Part shown: piece after piece, positions 1-11,878 of the stretch | Position numbering within the stretch: the first letter of the stretch is position 1 | How the letters are laid out: each line of letters opens with the position of its first letter | Assembly (NCBI GenBank): GCA_001600695.1 | Contig: BCKQ01000002.1 | Span: forward strand, 103,275 to 167,274 | Reading direction: 5' to 3' | From: Ascoidea asiatica JCM 7603 | Lineage: Eukaryota; Fungi; Ascomycota | DNA: 64,000 nt | Notes under the pieces: generated by a model | Told to the model about the DNA's origin: nothing | Databases searched by the model: none | What the model saw: only the letters and a program-made list of their open reading frames with translations | Made by a program: the position numbers and the translations under genes

Positions 1-2716
1 AGTCGAACCCAATTTTTTGAAATATATAGAAATTTTTTTTAGAATAATCAATTAAAATTTCTAAAGCAGAATAACCATTCTTTAATAACTGCAAAATAAC
101 CCACTTGAAAACAGAATATTCTTTTTTTTTTAAAGCAGCGTCTCCAATTGTTTTAAGGGCGATAATTTTCACCTTCTCTGGTATAAATAATTTTATTTTT
201 TCCAATTTACTCAAATCATTTATCCTATAATCAATGTCCATGAAATTTTTTTCAAGCGTTGAATTAGAATTGGAAGTGATAGGATAATCCTTTTCTCTAA
301 ACCTTTCTATTAAAAAGCTATTTTCGTCTTTTTTCCGCAAATTTATTTGCCTTATTTTCCATTCATCTGGCGAGCATGCGATATAATATTCTGGTATTAT
401 TTCCATATTATGTTTAGCTTTGTCTAAAATCTTTTCCGAATGCTTATAAATGGTTTTCAATAATTGTGACCCAAAATTTCTACTTAAAAACTTTAGATAA
501 ATTAAAGAAAAATAAGCAAGATCTTTTCTTATATCTCTTCGCTTTTTATAATAACAAAAAGTGATCATTTTGTTAATTGAAGTCTTATAGAAAGGCTGAT
601 ATGATTTAATTAAATTTTTATCCACTAAATAATTTAATATAGAGGTATATGCGCTTCTAGCGAGCAACGGGTCAACACTTTCAAGTAAAGAAATTGCTTT
701 AAGATATTTATTTTCCTTTAAAAGAGATATAATAATTAAATTGAACTCACGAGCTTTCAAAGTCTTATAGTCTTTAAATATTTTTGTGAGGGCTTTTTCA
801 GCTGCTTCTTGATTTCCAGTTTCAAGATAAAATTTTAAAAGACTGAATAAAAAATTTCTATTAGTTTGAGATGTTGCTCCTGTTATTTTATCAGTAGATA
901 TTCTTTTCAATGTCCAATTAAAAAGTTTGAAATCGGAATGACTAGAACAATATTCTACAACAGTATGAATAATTCTTATATTATTTAACAAGGAATCTGG
1001 AAGCGACCTTATTATTTTTAGAGATAGAGTATTGAAATTCTTGTTTTTGTTGAAGTATCTTATGATATTTACAATTAAATCAATATCATTTTTATTAAAA
1101 CTAAATTTTGTGAAAAAAATGTTTCTGATTGACTTAAATATAAGGTAAACTGCAGCTGAATTATTATATTTGATATTTTCATAGATTAGATTATAGGACT
1201 GTATCATTAAAATTTTATATTCACCTGAGTAATTGAATTTTTCCAATTCTTCAGTTGAATAAAAATTAGAGGACTTTTCAAACGAATTTTTGTACTTATC
1301 AGTTAGCTCTTCATTGAGATTGTTGAATACTAAGGCGAAAATTTTATTAGATATATATGGTTGAGATTTTATAAGATCATGATCAGTAAGGGAGTTTGTA
1401 GAAAACCTAGTAGAATTAGACGAGAAAGAATCTACCTGTTGAGCTTTGTCCATGATTAGTAATGATTGCTTTTTAGTTAATTTAATGTTGAAAATTCTTA
1501 TAAGTTTGATGATTATATCAAGCTGTAACTCATTTTGGACCGGATCATGAATTAATAAGGAATTAAATAATATTGTCAAGGTTGATTGTGATATTATTGA
1601 TGCAGGGCTCGGTATGGTACAAGATGTTTTGCCATCATTGACTTTAGTTGATATGACATCAAGATAATCTTTGTGATAATATTTTAAAAAATCAAAGCAC
1701 AACCCTGCTGCTAGAGTTAGTCTACTCTCAATTATTGCTAACCCAATTAAAAAATTTAAAAAAAAAATTTGTGTTAAAAGTTTATTTGTATGAGCTTGAA
1801 TATATGCATTCTCTATCACTTGAAGTATAATTTTTTGATTCTGAGCTCTTGAATTATAATTAAAGACTGATAAAGGAGTAGTTTTATCAGCTAATTTTAT
1901 GATATTTATATCATCATTACTGGCATCATTATTAAAATGTTTCATTGAATTATAATTACTATTTTCAGTATTAAGGTTATGATTAGATAAAATATTATAG
2001 AGAGAATTTAAATTAATGTCACTATATTTAATAAGATTAAGTAATAATAATTGAGTATGAACAAACGTATAATTCTTAATGCTATAAGAAAAAATATAAA
2101 AACAAATAGTTTTAATATTAGAGTTTGAAGAAAAATTTAGAGCAAGATAGATTGAAAATATATTCTGGAAATAATTATCATCCATTTTTTTATCTTTCAA
2201 ATACTTAGATAGGTCAAGCATCACATCATTTGAATAGTCGTAAACATTTGTAAAGTGATGAATAAAAACTCTCGGATTATAAATTTCATGAATTTTTTTT
2301 AAAAGAATTTTCTTCAATTGTAATTTCTGAAAATTTGAGAATTTTGAATTATTTATCTTAGAATTGATATTTGAACTTAACTTTAAATCGGGATTTATTT
2401 CTAACATATCATTATAATTCTGAATTACGATATCTATTTTTTTCAATTTTGAAAATAGTATACCTATAAACCTATACCTTTTTCTTGTAGAGTTTTTTTT
2501 ATTTAAAAATTTGAATGCCGAAGAAGAATTATTGGAAATAGATTCAACTTTTTCTTTGCTTGAATAAAATACTTTGAAATCAATTGAAGGAAGATGAAAA
2601 TCAAGATTCGATAGCTGAATAGAATTGTTGAACATATTAGACTGAAAAGAGGAATTAAATTTGAATGAATTATTTTTTTTTTGACATAAAAAGGAATACC
2701 CTCGTTTTATCCCCAT
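1..2716 (-). CDS. Partial ORF (about 905 codons in window, runs off the left edge); probable mitochondrial helical-repeat (PPR-like) RNA-binding protein
   Basis: ATG at 2716 gives MGIKRGYSFLCQKKNNSFKF, a basic/Ser-rich presequence-like start. The frame was open in each block I spot-checked (2041-2100, 1741-1800, 661-720, 1-60). Helical segments such as EFNLIIISLLKENKYLKAISLLESV. Absent from the ORF track because no stop lies in the window. The family call is inference. Confidence 0.7.
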   Translation of the reverse strand, partial: MGIKRGYSFLCQKKNNSFKFNSSFQSNMFNNSIQLSNLDFHLPSIDFKVFYSSKEKVESISNNSSSAFKFLNKKNSTRKRYRFIGILFSKLKKIDIVIQNYNDMLEINPDLKLSSNINSKINNSKFSNFQKLQLKKILLKKIHEIYNPRVFIHHFTNVYDYSNDVMLDLSKYLKDKKMDDNYFQNIFSIYLALNFSSNSNIKTICFYIFSYSIKNYTFVHTQLLLLNLIKYSDINLNSLYNILSNHNLNTENSNYNSMKHFNNDASNDDINIIKLADKTTPLSVFNYNSRAQNQKIILQVIENAYIQAHTNKLLTQIFFLNFLIGLAIIESRLTLAAGLCFDFLKYYHKDYLDVISTKVNDGKTSCTIPSPASIISQSTLTILFNSLLIHDPVQNELQLDIIIKLIRIFNIKLTKKQSLLIMDKAQQVDSFSSNSTRFSTNSLTDHDLIKSQPYISNKIFALVFNNLNEELTDKYKNSFEKSSNFYSTEELEKFNYSGEYKILMIQSYNLIYENIKYNNSAAVYLIFKSIRNIFFTKFSFNKNDIDLIVNIIRYFNKNKNFNTLSLKIIRSLPDSLLNNIRIIHTVVEYCSSHSDFKLFNWTLKRISTDKITGATSQTNRNFLFSLLKFYLETGNQEAAEKALTKIFKDYKTLKAREFNLIIISLLKENKYLKAISLLESVDPLLARSAYTSILNYLVDKNLIKSYQPFYKTSINKMITFCYYKKRRDIRKDLAYFSLIYLKFLSRNFGSQLLKTIYKHSEKILDKAKHNMEIIPEYYIACSPDEWKIRQINLRKKDENSFLIERFREKDYPITSNSNSTLEKNFMDIDYRINDLSKLEKIKLFIPEKVKIIALKTIGDAALKKKEYSVFKWVILQLLKNGYSALEILIDYSKKNFYIFQKIGFD

Positions 2717-3660
2717 TTTCAATATTCTATTAGTATTTTTCATATTTTTTATAGTTTAAAATGAGGTTGTTATTGAACATTAATTGTATTTCTTAAGAAT
2801 AGCATTTTCTTTTTAGGAGATGTCAAACAAGCTTGAAAGCAATTCAGTCAACTGATCTAAGTTGTTGGGAATCCAAATAAAGTATTTCGATCACGATTAA
2901 TTTTCACTGATGAATGTTAGTTAATATCTATTAAATTTAAATCAGATCTTAAAGTTACTATTAGAGTAGTCTGTAGTGGTAGCAAATGATCATATTTTTA
3001 TTTCACCCATTCAATGGTTTGAAACTTAACTTTTTCAAAAATTTAACGGTACTGAATAAAGCATTGAAAATCTGATTTTTACAATTGATCCGGATCCGGA
3101 AAACATTATTTTTAATGCGGAAAATCAATCAGTTATGAAGTAGTAAAGACCATATTTGTGGTACTTTTTTGGTTATCATTAAATCCTCATTGTTGGTAAA
3201 AACCCGAGTTGTGGGAGTGATCAGTATTAAAAAATAACACAATAAAAAAGTGCGTGATGGCAGAACGCAAATTGTTGACGCTTTGACGCTGCTATGCTCC
3301 CAACAGCAGAAAGTGCATATGTTGGTTCTATTATTAGAATCCATACCGTTTACGTTAGCGTTAACGTTTCGAATAAAATACTGAAAAGTTACTGTACCGG
3401 TATGGAAAGCTTAAACTTGATATTTTAAAGAACATTTACTGATAATCTCGTTAATGATTTTAGTGATAATACTTTTAGTTTAAGTTATCTTACTAATTTA
3501 ACTAAGCTATCTGTGATGAATTGACTAAATTTATTGATTTCAAGATCAAAGATCCAACTCAAAGCAATACTAATAATTATTGAAAGAAACACTTTTTATT
3601 GTAATCACTTCTTTATTTATTCGTTTAGCTATAATTAATGCTTTCCCAGAGACATGAAAT

Positions 3661-5109
3661 ATGAGTAGCATTAACTTAGAACTTCTTTCCTCAAATGTTC
3701 CAACTTCAAATGAGAGGTTAAATAGGTTGCCGACCTTATTTGAAGTTCTTAATCAGAAAACTCGTACTCCAGTGGATCTATGGTCTTTTTATATCTTTAT
3801 GAGGGATAATCAACAAGCCGTTGATTATTTGGATTTTTGGATTGATGTTGTTAGTCACCTAGCTCTTTGTAAGCAATATGTTAAAGGTTTAAGAGATAGT
3901 TTCCCTTTCCAATCTCAATTCCCTTTAACTTCAATCAATGAAAGTAAAGTTATTGATCCACATAGATCTGGAACAATTTTAACTGCTGCATCTCGAAAAC
4001 AAAGGGCTTCCTTAAATTCTTCTGTTTTGTTAGAGGCTTTAGTAGATGGGGGGATTTTAGACTCAAATCCAAAAAGAGTTTCTTCTTTTTTAAGAGGAGA
4101 AGAAAGAATAAAAGTTAATAATTCTACATTATCTTCTTATTTACATAGATTTTCATCTCTTCAATCAAGACAACCATCAATTAATTATCCAATTCTTCCT
4201 GAAATTGAAAAAGTTTATGAACGATACTATTCTGATTCCAATTCCAATTCTGATTCAGCTGAAGCTCTAATTAAAGAATCTGTTTCAAATGATCACAATA
4301 ATAACTCCAAAAGTGATACTAGTTCAGAAACCCCGATGAAAAATTTAAAACCAAAAAAAAATATGACAACAATATCTCCAGAAATTTTAGAGCAAATTCT
4401 TTCTGATGATGACGTTAAACTCACTAATAATAAAGTAACTAGAGATGACTTAAGGCTATCTTCAAGAAGAATCTTATTAACTTATTTGATAGATAATTCA
4501 GAAAAAAAATTAATATTACCTGAAAGAATAATAAGATCCATACGTCATTCAATAGAAGTTCAAGGAAGGGATGATCCCGAAATTTTTGATGAAGCTAGAG
4601 ATTATGTATTTCAAGCTATGGAACGGGAGGCATTTCCTAGTTTTCTAAAACATGCTGCTCTACATAATATAACTACAAAATCATATAATTTCAGACTTAT
4701 AATAGGAACCATATTTGGATTCGGAGGCTTTTGGACTGGCTATACTTTGATATTTTTAGGTTATCTGCCTGCTCATTCAAGGCCTTTTGTTACCATACCA
4801 TTTTCCTTTGCCTCATATTTTATATTAAGTGCAATATTTCATATTGATCCATTATTTGGTATTTTAAAATATTTTGAAGTTGCTAAACTTACTATCACGT
4901 ATAATAACCATGATGAGATTAGAGAGGCGCATTATACCCCTCACACGATCAATGGATTTTGCTCAAGACATTTGGGTTTAATGAAGGTAGAGGAATATTA
5001 TGTTGGAAAATTATTGCTAAAAAGAGCAATTTGGGTCTTAATATTGGTATGTTTTTTGGCTTCGGCTTTTTCAATTCTTTTTTCATTAGTGCCAGGGCAT
5101 CGGCTATAA
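3661..5109 (+). CDS. RAX1: Bud site selection protein Rax1 (RGS-like domain plus C-terminal TM helices)
   Basis: RLPTLFEVLNQKTRTPVDLWSFYIFMRD...YLDFWIDV; GRDDPEIFDEARDYVFQAMEREAFPSF; three C-terminal TM segments ending VPGHRL. Confidence 0.92.
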   Translation: MSSINLELLSSNVPTSNERLNRLPTLFEVLNQKTRTPVDLWSFYIFMRDNQQAVDYLDFWIDVVSHLALCKQYVKGLRDSFPFQSQFPLTSINESKVIDPHRSGTILTAASRKQRASLNSSVLLEALVDGGILDSNPKRVSSFLRGEERIKVNNSTLSSYLHRFSSLQSRQPSINYPILPEIEKVYERYYSDSNSNSDSAEALIKESVSNDHNNNSKSDTSSETPMKNLKPKKNMTTISPEILEQILSDDDVKLTNNKVTRDDLRLSSRRILLTYLIDNSEKKLILPERIIRSIRHSIEVQGRDDPEIFDEARDYVFQAMEREAFPSFLKHAALHNITTKSYNFRLIIGTIFGFGGFWTGYTLIFLGYLPAHSRPFVTIPFSFASYFILSAIFHIDPLFGILKYFEVAKLTITYNNHDEIREAHYTPHTINGFCSRHLGLMKVEEYYVGKLLLKRAIWVLILVCFLASAFSILFSLVPGHRL

Positions 5110-5437
5110 AGACTTCATTCTTGATATAATCTGGTTTTTCTTTCTCAAAAAAATCTTAATTTTAGCTATTTTTCCATTATTTTTTTACTTTTTGCATTAC
5201 TTACTTTATAGGACATATTGGAATACTGTTTATTATTTTTTTTAACTTGGATTTTCTTTTATATTTATTTTTGTGAGTTAATTTTTTCCTTTCAACATTT
5301 ATCAATCGTATTTGTTTTTATTTTTTTTCGCCTTAGATTATTTCAACGTTAATCAAGAGATCAATATATTTCGATATAAAATGTGTTTATTTGAAAGTAT
5401 TTATTTTCGTATAAGCCACTATATCTAATCATTATAA

Positions 5438-7828
5438 TTAATTTCCAGCTCTTAATTCTCCTATATAATTAATTGCAGAACCAGCTTTGAAAAAATTAAT
5501 TTGATCAGCAGACATTGTATGTTTACAGCCTATTATAAAGTTTTCACCAGAAGGTTTAGTTATTTTAACTTGAATTATTCCACCATTATTTCCGTTTTTC
5601 GCAATCATATCTAATAAATTTATAGTCTCTAAAGAATCACCATGAGAAATTTTATCATAATCACTCTCATTTTTGAAAGTCAATGGTAATACTCCTTGTT
5701 TTTTCAAATTGGTTTCATGAATTCTAGCGAATGATTTAACAAGGATTATCTTCCCACCTAAAAATCTTGGTGACAAAGCAGCGTGCTCTCTTGCAGAACC
5801 TTCACCATAATTATGCTCTCCTACAACACACCATGGTTTACCATCTGATTTCCATTTAATCATTAGACCTGGAATTGAATATTTTTTCCCATCAATATCA
5901 TACGCAGTATTAACTTCTCCTGTTTCTTTGTTTACAGCGCCAATTAAAGTATTATTGGAGATATTTTCTAAATGTCCTTTATACTTAAGCCATACTCCCG
6001 CAGCAGAGATATGATCAGTTGTACATTTACCTTCAATTTTCATTAAAACTCCTACCTTCAATTCCTTTTTATCCCATTTATCAAAAGGTGCTAATAATTG
6101 TAAACGATCTGATTCAGGAGAAACAGCAATAGAAATATTAGAGTTTGGAATTGGGTTAGCCACAGGGTAGAAATCTTTGTTACCCTTTGTAAATCCATTT
6201 TTAGGCAAGTCAACACCTTCAGGGTTTTGAAACTTGAATTGTTTACCATCATTTGTTTCTATTGAATCAGTTACGGGATTAAATCCCATTTCCCCTGAAT
6301 AAATTGAAGCTGTAACAATTTCTGGAGATGTTAAAAAATTCATTGTATTTCTATTACCATCATTTCTAGCCTTGAAATTTCTATTAAATGAAGTGAAAAT
6401 TGAGTTTGATTGAGAAGAAGTTTTAGGAATGTCTTCTCTATTCCACTGACCAATACAAGGGCCACAGGCATTTGCCAAGACTATGGCCCCATTTTTTTGA
6501 AATAGATCAATAACTCCATCTCTTTCTAATGTAGCTCTAATTTGTTCAGACCCAGGAGTAATGAAGAAAGGAATCTTTGGCTTCAAGCCAGCTTCAGCTG
6601 CTTGCGAAATTATTGACACAACCCTAGTCATATCCTGATAAGAAGAGTTAGTACATGATCCAATGAGACCTGCAGATATTTTTTCTGGCCATTGATTTTC
6701 TTTAGTTGCAGTTTTGAATTTACTAACTGGAGTTGATAGATCAGGTGTAAACGGACCATTGATATGTGGCTCTAATTGATCTAGGTTAATCTCCACGATT
6801 TTATCATATTGAGCATCTTTATCAGGTTGTAAAAAGCCATACTCTTTATTTATTTGAGTAGCCAAGTCACCAATTGGACTTCTACCGGTTGCAGCTAAAT
6901 AATCATAATGAGCAATCTCTTGATATGGAAAAAGTGAAGTTGTTGCACCCATTTCAGCACCCATATTACATATTGTAGCCATACCTGTGCAAGATAATGT
7001 TTTAACACCTTCACCGAAATATTCAATTATATGATTGGTACCACCTCTTACAGTTAAAAGACCAGTTAAATGAGTAATAATATCTTTTGGAGAAGACCAA
7101 CCATTTAATTTTCCATTTAATTTAACTCCGAGAATTTTTGGAGCTTTCAATTCCCACGGAGTTCCTGTTAAAGCATCTACAGCATCAGCACCTCCTACCC
7201 CAATTGCAATGGCTCCTAAACCACCCGCATTTGGAGTATGAGAATCTGTTCCTAACATCATTAAACCAGGAGCCGAGAAATTTTCCAAGACTATTTGATG
7301 AATTATACCAGAACCTGGAGTCCAAAATTGTATACCATATTTTTCTCCACAACTTTTTAGAAAATCAAATACTTCTTTATTCGTTTCAATTGAAGATGGT
7401 AAATCTATATCAGCACCATCTTTTCCAACAATTAAATGATCACAATGAATTGAAGCGGGCACCATAGTTTTAGAGAGACCACATGTCATAAATTGTAAAA
7501 GAGCCATTTGTGCAGAAGCATCTTGCATTGCAACTCTATCCGGATTTAATTTTAAATATTGTTCACCTCTAATTGAATTAAGATTACCATTGAAAGAAGA
7601 AAGTGAATCTTCAGGATCAACTAAATGAGAGTATAAAATTTTTTCAGCAAGTGTTAATTTAGCTTCACCTAAAATTTTACGAACATTCTTCAAATTTTGA
7701 ATTAATTTTGTATAAGGAGGTGTTCTTATTTTTAAATCATCTGGAATTTGTACATTATTAGAAACGGAAGCAAAGGATCTTCTATTTAAATGTTGAAAAC
7801 CTCTTAATCTTATAGATCTGGAAATCAT
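5438..7828 (-). CDS. ACO2: Mitochondrial aconitase-family homocitrate dehydratase Aco2
   Basis: DRVAMQDASAQMA, IHCDH, IGSCTNSSY, ACGPCIGQW, GEGSAREHAA. Aco2-type DALTGTPWELKAP and SAAGVWLKYKGHLENIS. First ATG is at 7828 (the track starts at an upstream TTG). Confidence 0.9.
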   Translation of the reverse strand: MISRSIRLRGFQHLNRRSFASVSNNVQIPDDLKIRTPPYTKLIQNLKNVRKILGEAKLTLAEKILYSHLVDPEDSLSSFNGNLNSIRGEQYLKLNPDRVAMQDASAQMALLQFMTCGLSKTMVPASIHCDHLIVGKDGADIDLPSSIETNKEVFDFLKSCGEKYGIQFWTPGSGIIHQIVLENFSAPGLMMLGTDSHTPNAGGLGAIAIGVGGADAVDALTGTPWELKAPKILGVKLNGKLNGWSSPKDIITHLTGLLTVRGGTNHIIEYFGEGVKTLSCTGMATICNMGAEMGATTSLFPYQEIAHYDYLAATGRSPIGDLATQINKEYGFLQPDKDAQYDKIVEINLDQLEPHINGPFTPDLSTPVSKFKTATKENQWPEKISAGLIGSCTNSSYQDMTRVVSIISQAAEAGLKPKIPFFITPGSEQIRATLERDGVIDLFQKNGAIVLANACGPCIGQWNREDIPKTSSQSNSIFTSFNRNFKARNDGNRNTMNFLTSPEIVTASIYSGEMGFNPVTDSIETNDGKQFKFQNPEGVDLPKNGFTKGNKDFYPVANPIPNSNISIAVSPESDRLQLLAPFDKWDKKELKVGVLMKIEGKCTTDHISAAGVWLKYKGHLENISNNTLIGAVNKETGEVNTAYDIDGKKYSIPGLMIKWKSDGKPWCVVGEHNYGEGSAREHAALSPRFLGGKIILVKSFARIHETNLKKQGVLPLTFKNESDYDKISHGDSLETINLLDMIAKNGNNGGIIQVKITKPSGENFIIGCKHTMSADQINFFKAGSAINYIGELRAGN

Positions 7829-8032
7829 TTTCAATATTTTTATATAGGAATATTAAAATGTGATAAATTTTAGTAATTATAATGATCACTGAATCTTTAG
7901 GCTTCAATTTAATCAATCTAAAATTTCAACTTGATATTCCAAAAATAGGATAAACTTTAAAAGAAATATGGACTGGTAGACTGTTTGGGCATAATACTTT
8001 TTCAACAATTCTGGTCAATAATATTGATTTTA

Positions 8033-8040
8033 TTAGTCAT
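8033..8040 (-). promoter_or_regulatory. Gcn4/AP-1-like site (ATGACTAA) upstream of ACO2
   Basis: TTAGTCAT about 205 bp upstream of a lysine-pathway gene; the same core lies upstream of THR1. Confidence 0.45.
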
Positions 8041-8433
8041 TTCGGTATGAATGAAAAATTCGAAGTCAAAAAGGAAGTGAAAAATAAATATGAAGGCAAC
8101 CACCCAAAACCCGTGATGTTTTCGGAGATAGCTGATTTGAATCATTTGAATAGTTGTTGATAAACTATTTTAGCTATTTTTCAAAATTAATGAATCTTTT
8201 TTGTTCAAGTAAAAGAGATTAATGGTATTAGTAGGAATTCTTTGAGGTATTTGTATTTGAGAATAAATTATATTTGTAATTATGATATGCATTTTTGAAA
8301 AAGCAGAACAAGAAAAAAAATATTAGAGAAACTTATGAATTAAAAGATATCACTTATCCAAAGAACAAAGTATTCATATATAATTATTAATAAATAATTT
8401 TTAATATCTTCTATTTAAATGTAATAAAACCGT

Positions 8434-8681
8434 TTATTCAGGAAGTAGCTTTCGACTTCTCTTCAAAACTAGTTCGTTCAAAGAATGGCCTTCTTTTCGA
8501 GCAATTCTTTTCTCATACAAATAATAAGAAAGAACACCAACAGTGATTGAAAATATAGGATCAAGAGTTCTTCAAAGCAGGAAAATTAAAAACTCGTTAA
8601 TATTCAGAACCTCGCGAAGAAAAAAAATTAAAACAGAATGAAGAATCCATACCTTGAGATCATATAAGGATATGGAGGCAT
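8434..8681 (-). CDS. NCE101: Non-classical export protein Nce101, 54 aa, two exons (8681-8653, 8569-8434)
   Basis: Spliced product MPPYPYMISRTLDPIFSITVGVLSYYLYEKRIARKEGHSLNELVLKRSRKLLPE matches the Nce101 pattern (DP...VG.LSYY.YE...GH.L.EL). Intron 8652-8570 is GTATGG...TATTAAC...AAG. Confidence 0.88.
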
Positions 8682-9291
8682 TGTTGTTGAAATTGCAATT
8701 GTTGTTGCTAATGTAATTATTATTTTTATTCCGAGTGTTATAATATTCGTGAAATTTAGACCTACTATAAGTGGCGATATTTTATTACTTCTATGGAGGG
8801 ATAGGCATTGAAGTACTATCTTTCTCTTATTCTTGTTCTGTTGCATCATCTTCTACAACACTAATAATAATATCAATATTGCTAATTGGAGATTCATACA
8901 GTCAAAGTCAAAAAATTTGCATCCGTTTCTATTTTAGAAGCGGATTTCAAATTTTTTGACCTTGACTGTATATTCTTTGACATGCTTTGCCATTAGGGAG
9001 TAGATCCGGACCGTATATCACGTGTGTAATTTCTAACCTCTTGGAGTAACTGTAACGTAAGGGACTTTCAAAAATATTACTGTAATATTACGGTTGGTTC
9101 TTTTGAGAGATAAACTTAGAGCAGTAGCTAGTATCATTTCATTATTCTCTTGATCCAATTTCAGCTATTGTACATCTTTCAATATTTACTTTATTTGCTT
9201 CAGCTTTTGTGAATTGACAGACAATCAATTTCAATATTTAGCTTTCAATATCTATTACTATTAGTTTTTATATATCCTTATTAGTGCTACA

Positions 9292-10270
9292 ATGGTATGT
9301 TTATGTAATTTTCTGATTTTATTTTCATTAATTAATATGTAAATTATTTAATAGTTCTTTGAACTAACATATAGTAAATTAATTAAATACGTTTAATTAG
9401 TCTGATGAAGCTTTTGATTCTTCTTTAGATTTATTGAAAAGATTGGATCCTAAAAATATTTCAGAAAATTTGATTAAAATTTGTCAAATTTCTCCATCAT
9501 TATCAGAAGATCTATTATCATCTGTTGACGTTCCTTTAGAAGTCAAAAAATGTATAAAATCTGGAAAAGAATATTTAGCATGTGACTATAATAGAGACGG
9601 TGATTCTTATAGATCTCCTTGGTCAAATGCATTTTATCCAAAATTACCTTTAGATGTAGAAGAAAATGCTCCAAAACCTTCCTCAGAATTACGTAAACTT
9701 GAAATTTTTGCTAATAAATCTTTTGATATATATAGAGATTTATATTATGAGGGTGGAATTTCAAGCGTTTACCTTTGGGATCAAGATGATGAAGAAAATG
9801 AATCTGAATCAAATTCTGATTCAATTGGGGATTTTGCTGGTGCTATATTATTAAAAAAACAACTTGAATCTTCTTTAAGTTCTTGGGATAGTATTCACGT
9901 AGTTGAAGTGATACCTAAACATACTTCTGCAATTTATAAACTAACTTCAACTATTATATTAGATTTGCAAAATGATAATGATAATAATAGTAATAATAAT
10001 AATGATGATGATACTGATCTCAAACTTAATTTAAGTGGAAATTTAACCAGGCAGACTGAAAGGGAAATGAATATCCATGATAACTCTTCTCATATATCAA
10101 ATATAGGTACCCTTGTCGAAGATGTCGAATCAAAACTCAGAAATATGTTACAGGAAGTATATTTTGGTAAAACAAAAGATATTATTGGTGAATTAAGATC
10201 TCCTGGAAAAATTTCCGTTCTTAATGCTGAAAAGAAAGTTCATTCTGAAATGATCAAAGAACTAATGTGA
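9292..10270 (+). CDS. CAP2: F-actin capping protein beta subunit; ATG-only first exon (9292-9294), intron 9295-9400
   Basis: ATG|GTATGT...AACTAAC...TTAG| gives MSDEAFDSSLDLLKRLDP; CDYNRDGDSYRSPWSN, YYEGGISSVYLWD, NLSGNLTRQ. Confidence 0.95.
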
Positions 10271-10456
10271 TTTTGGATTGAGATTAATAATAATAACAAT
10301 AATAATAATAATTATGATTTTCAATATATGGATTAATAGAATAAATAAAGTTTATTTTTACTTTCTCTCTATGAAACCATTTTTTTTTATACGAGAGTGT
10401 AATGTGTAGGGTAACTGTTTTCCGCTTTAGAGCTCGAAAACTCGACTAGCAAAAGG

Positions 10457-10463
10457 TTAGTCA
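10457..10463. promoter_or_regulatory. Gcn4-like site (TTAGTCA) upstream of THR1
   Basis: TGACTAA on the - strand about 250 bp upstream of an amino-acid biosynthesis gene. Confidence 0.45.
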
Positions 10464-10707
10464 CTCTTTCCACCAATAATGCTCCCATTGCCTTTTAATG
10501 ATTAATTGATCTAAATTAGCCATGCTCCATCAGTGGTAAAAATCATAATTCTCAACTCTTTAACAGTCGCTAATGAAATCATATAAATAAAATTCCTTTA
10601 ATTACTTTTTCCTACTGAAAAATATCACTTTCACTATTAAAATCAAAAATTTTCAATAATTTTTTTTTTTCCTTTCATTGTTCTATTTCTTAAATATTTA
10701 ACCAAAA

Positions 10708-11790
10708 ATGACAATATCCAAAAATTTTGAAATAAAAGTTCCTGCTTCTTCTGCAAACATTGGCCCTGGGTTTGATGTTTTAGGAATTGGTCTTAATCTT
10801 TTTCTTGTATTAACTGTAAAAGTTGATTCTTCAATCTCAAAAAAAGACAATTTTGATTTTCATAACTGTTTAATAACTTACGAAGGGGAAGGAGAGAATG
10901 AAGTTCCTTTGAATTCTGATGAAAATTTAATTACAAGAACTGCCTTATATGTTTTACGTTGTCATGATATTAGAAATTTTCCAATTGGTACTTATATTCA
11001 TGTTAATAATCCTATACCTTTAGGAAGAGGATTAGGGTCTTCTGGTGCTGCTGTTGTGTCTGGTGTTTTATTAGCAAATCAACTTGGAAATCTAAATCTT
11101 TCAAAAGAAAGATGTCTTGATTTTTGTCTAATGATCGAAAGACATCCTGATAATGTAACGGCTGCTATGATGGGAGGATTTGTGGGTTCTTTTTTAAGAG
11201 ACCTTTCTGCAACTGAATTAGAAAGAAAAGAAATCCCATTAGCTGAAGTTTTACCTCAGCCTGCTGGCGGTATTGATACTGGGTTAGTTCCACCAATACC
11301 TCCTTATAATATAGGTCAACATATTAAATATAACTGGTCAAAAAAAGTACAATGTATAGCTATAATTCCGGATTTCGAATTATCCACTGCAAAATCAAGA
11401 GAAGTTTTACCAAATGCTTATACAAGAAGTGATTTAGTTTTTAATCTTCAAAGAATTGCTGTTTTAACTACAGCTTTAACTTTAGAAAATCCAAATCCTG
11501 AAATGATATATTCTGCTATGCAAGATAAAATTCATCAACCTTATAGAAAAACTTTAATTCCAGGATTATCCGAGATTTTGAACAGTATGAATCCGAAAAC
11601 TTATCCTGGTCTATTAGGTATTTGTTTAAGCGGTGCTGGACCAACAATATTAGCTTTAGCTACAGAAAATTTTGAATATATTGCTCAAGAAATCATTAAT
11701 ACTTTTGAAAAAAATGATATAAAATGTTCCTGGAAATTACTTCAACCTGCTTTTGAAGGAGCGGTTATTACTGAGCTCAATCTAAAATAA
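10708..11790 (+). CDS. THR1: Homoserine kinase
   Basis: VPASSANIGPGFDVLG, GHMP motif PLGRGLGSSGAA, ERHPDN, CLSGAGPT. Confidence 0.97.
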   Translation: MTISKNFEIKVPASSANIGPGFDVLGIGLNLFLVLTVKVDSSISKKDNFDFHNCLITYEGEGENEVPLNSDENLITRTALYVLRCHDIRNFPIGTYIHVNNPIPLGRGLGSSGAAVVSGVLLANQLGNLNLSKERCLDFCLMIERHPDNVTAAMMGGFVGSFLRDLSATELERKEIPLAEVLPQPAGGIDTGLVPPIPPYNIGQHIKYNWSKKVQCIAIIPDFELSTAKSREVLPNAYTRSDLVFNLQRIAVLTTALTLENPNPEMIYSAMQDKIHQPYRKTLIPGLSEILNSMNPKTYPGLLGICLSGAGPTILALATENFEYIAQEIINTFEKNDIKCSWKLLQPAFEGAVITELNLK

Positions 11791-11878
11791 TGATATTTTT
11801 TTTTGAGCAATCATTGATTATTATAATTTATATACTCTGCATATTTTAGATACATGATCCTAAAATAGTCAATATTAT

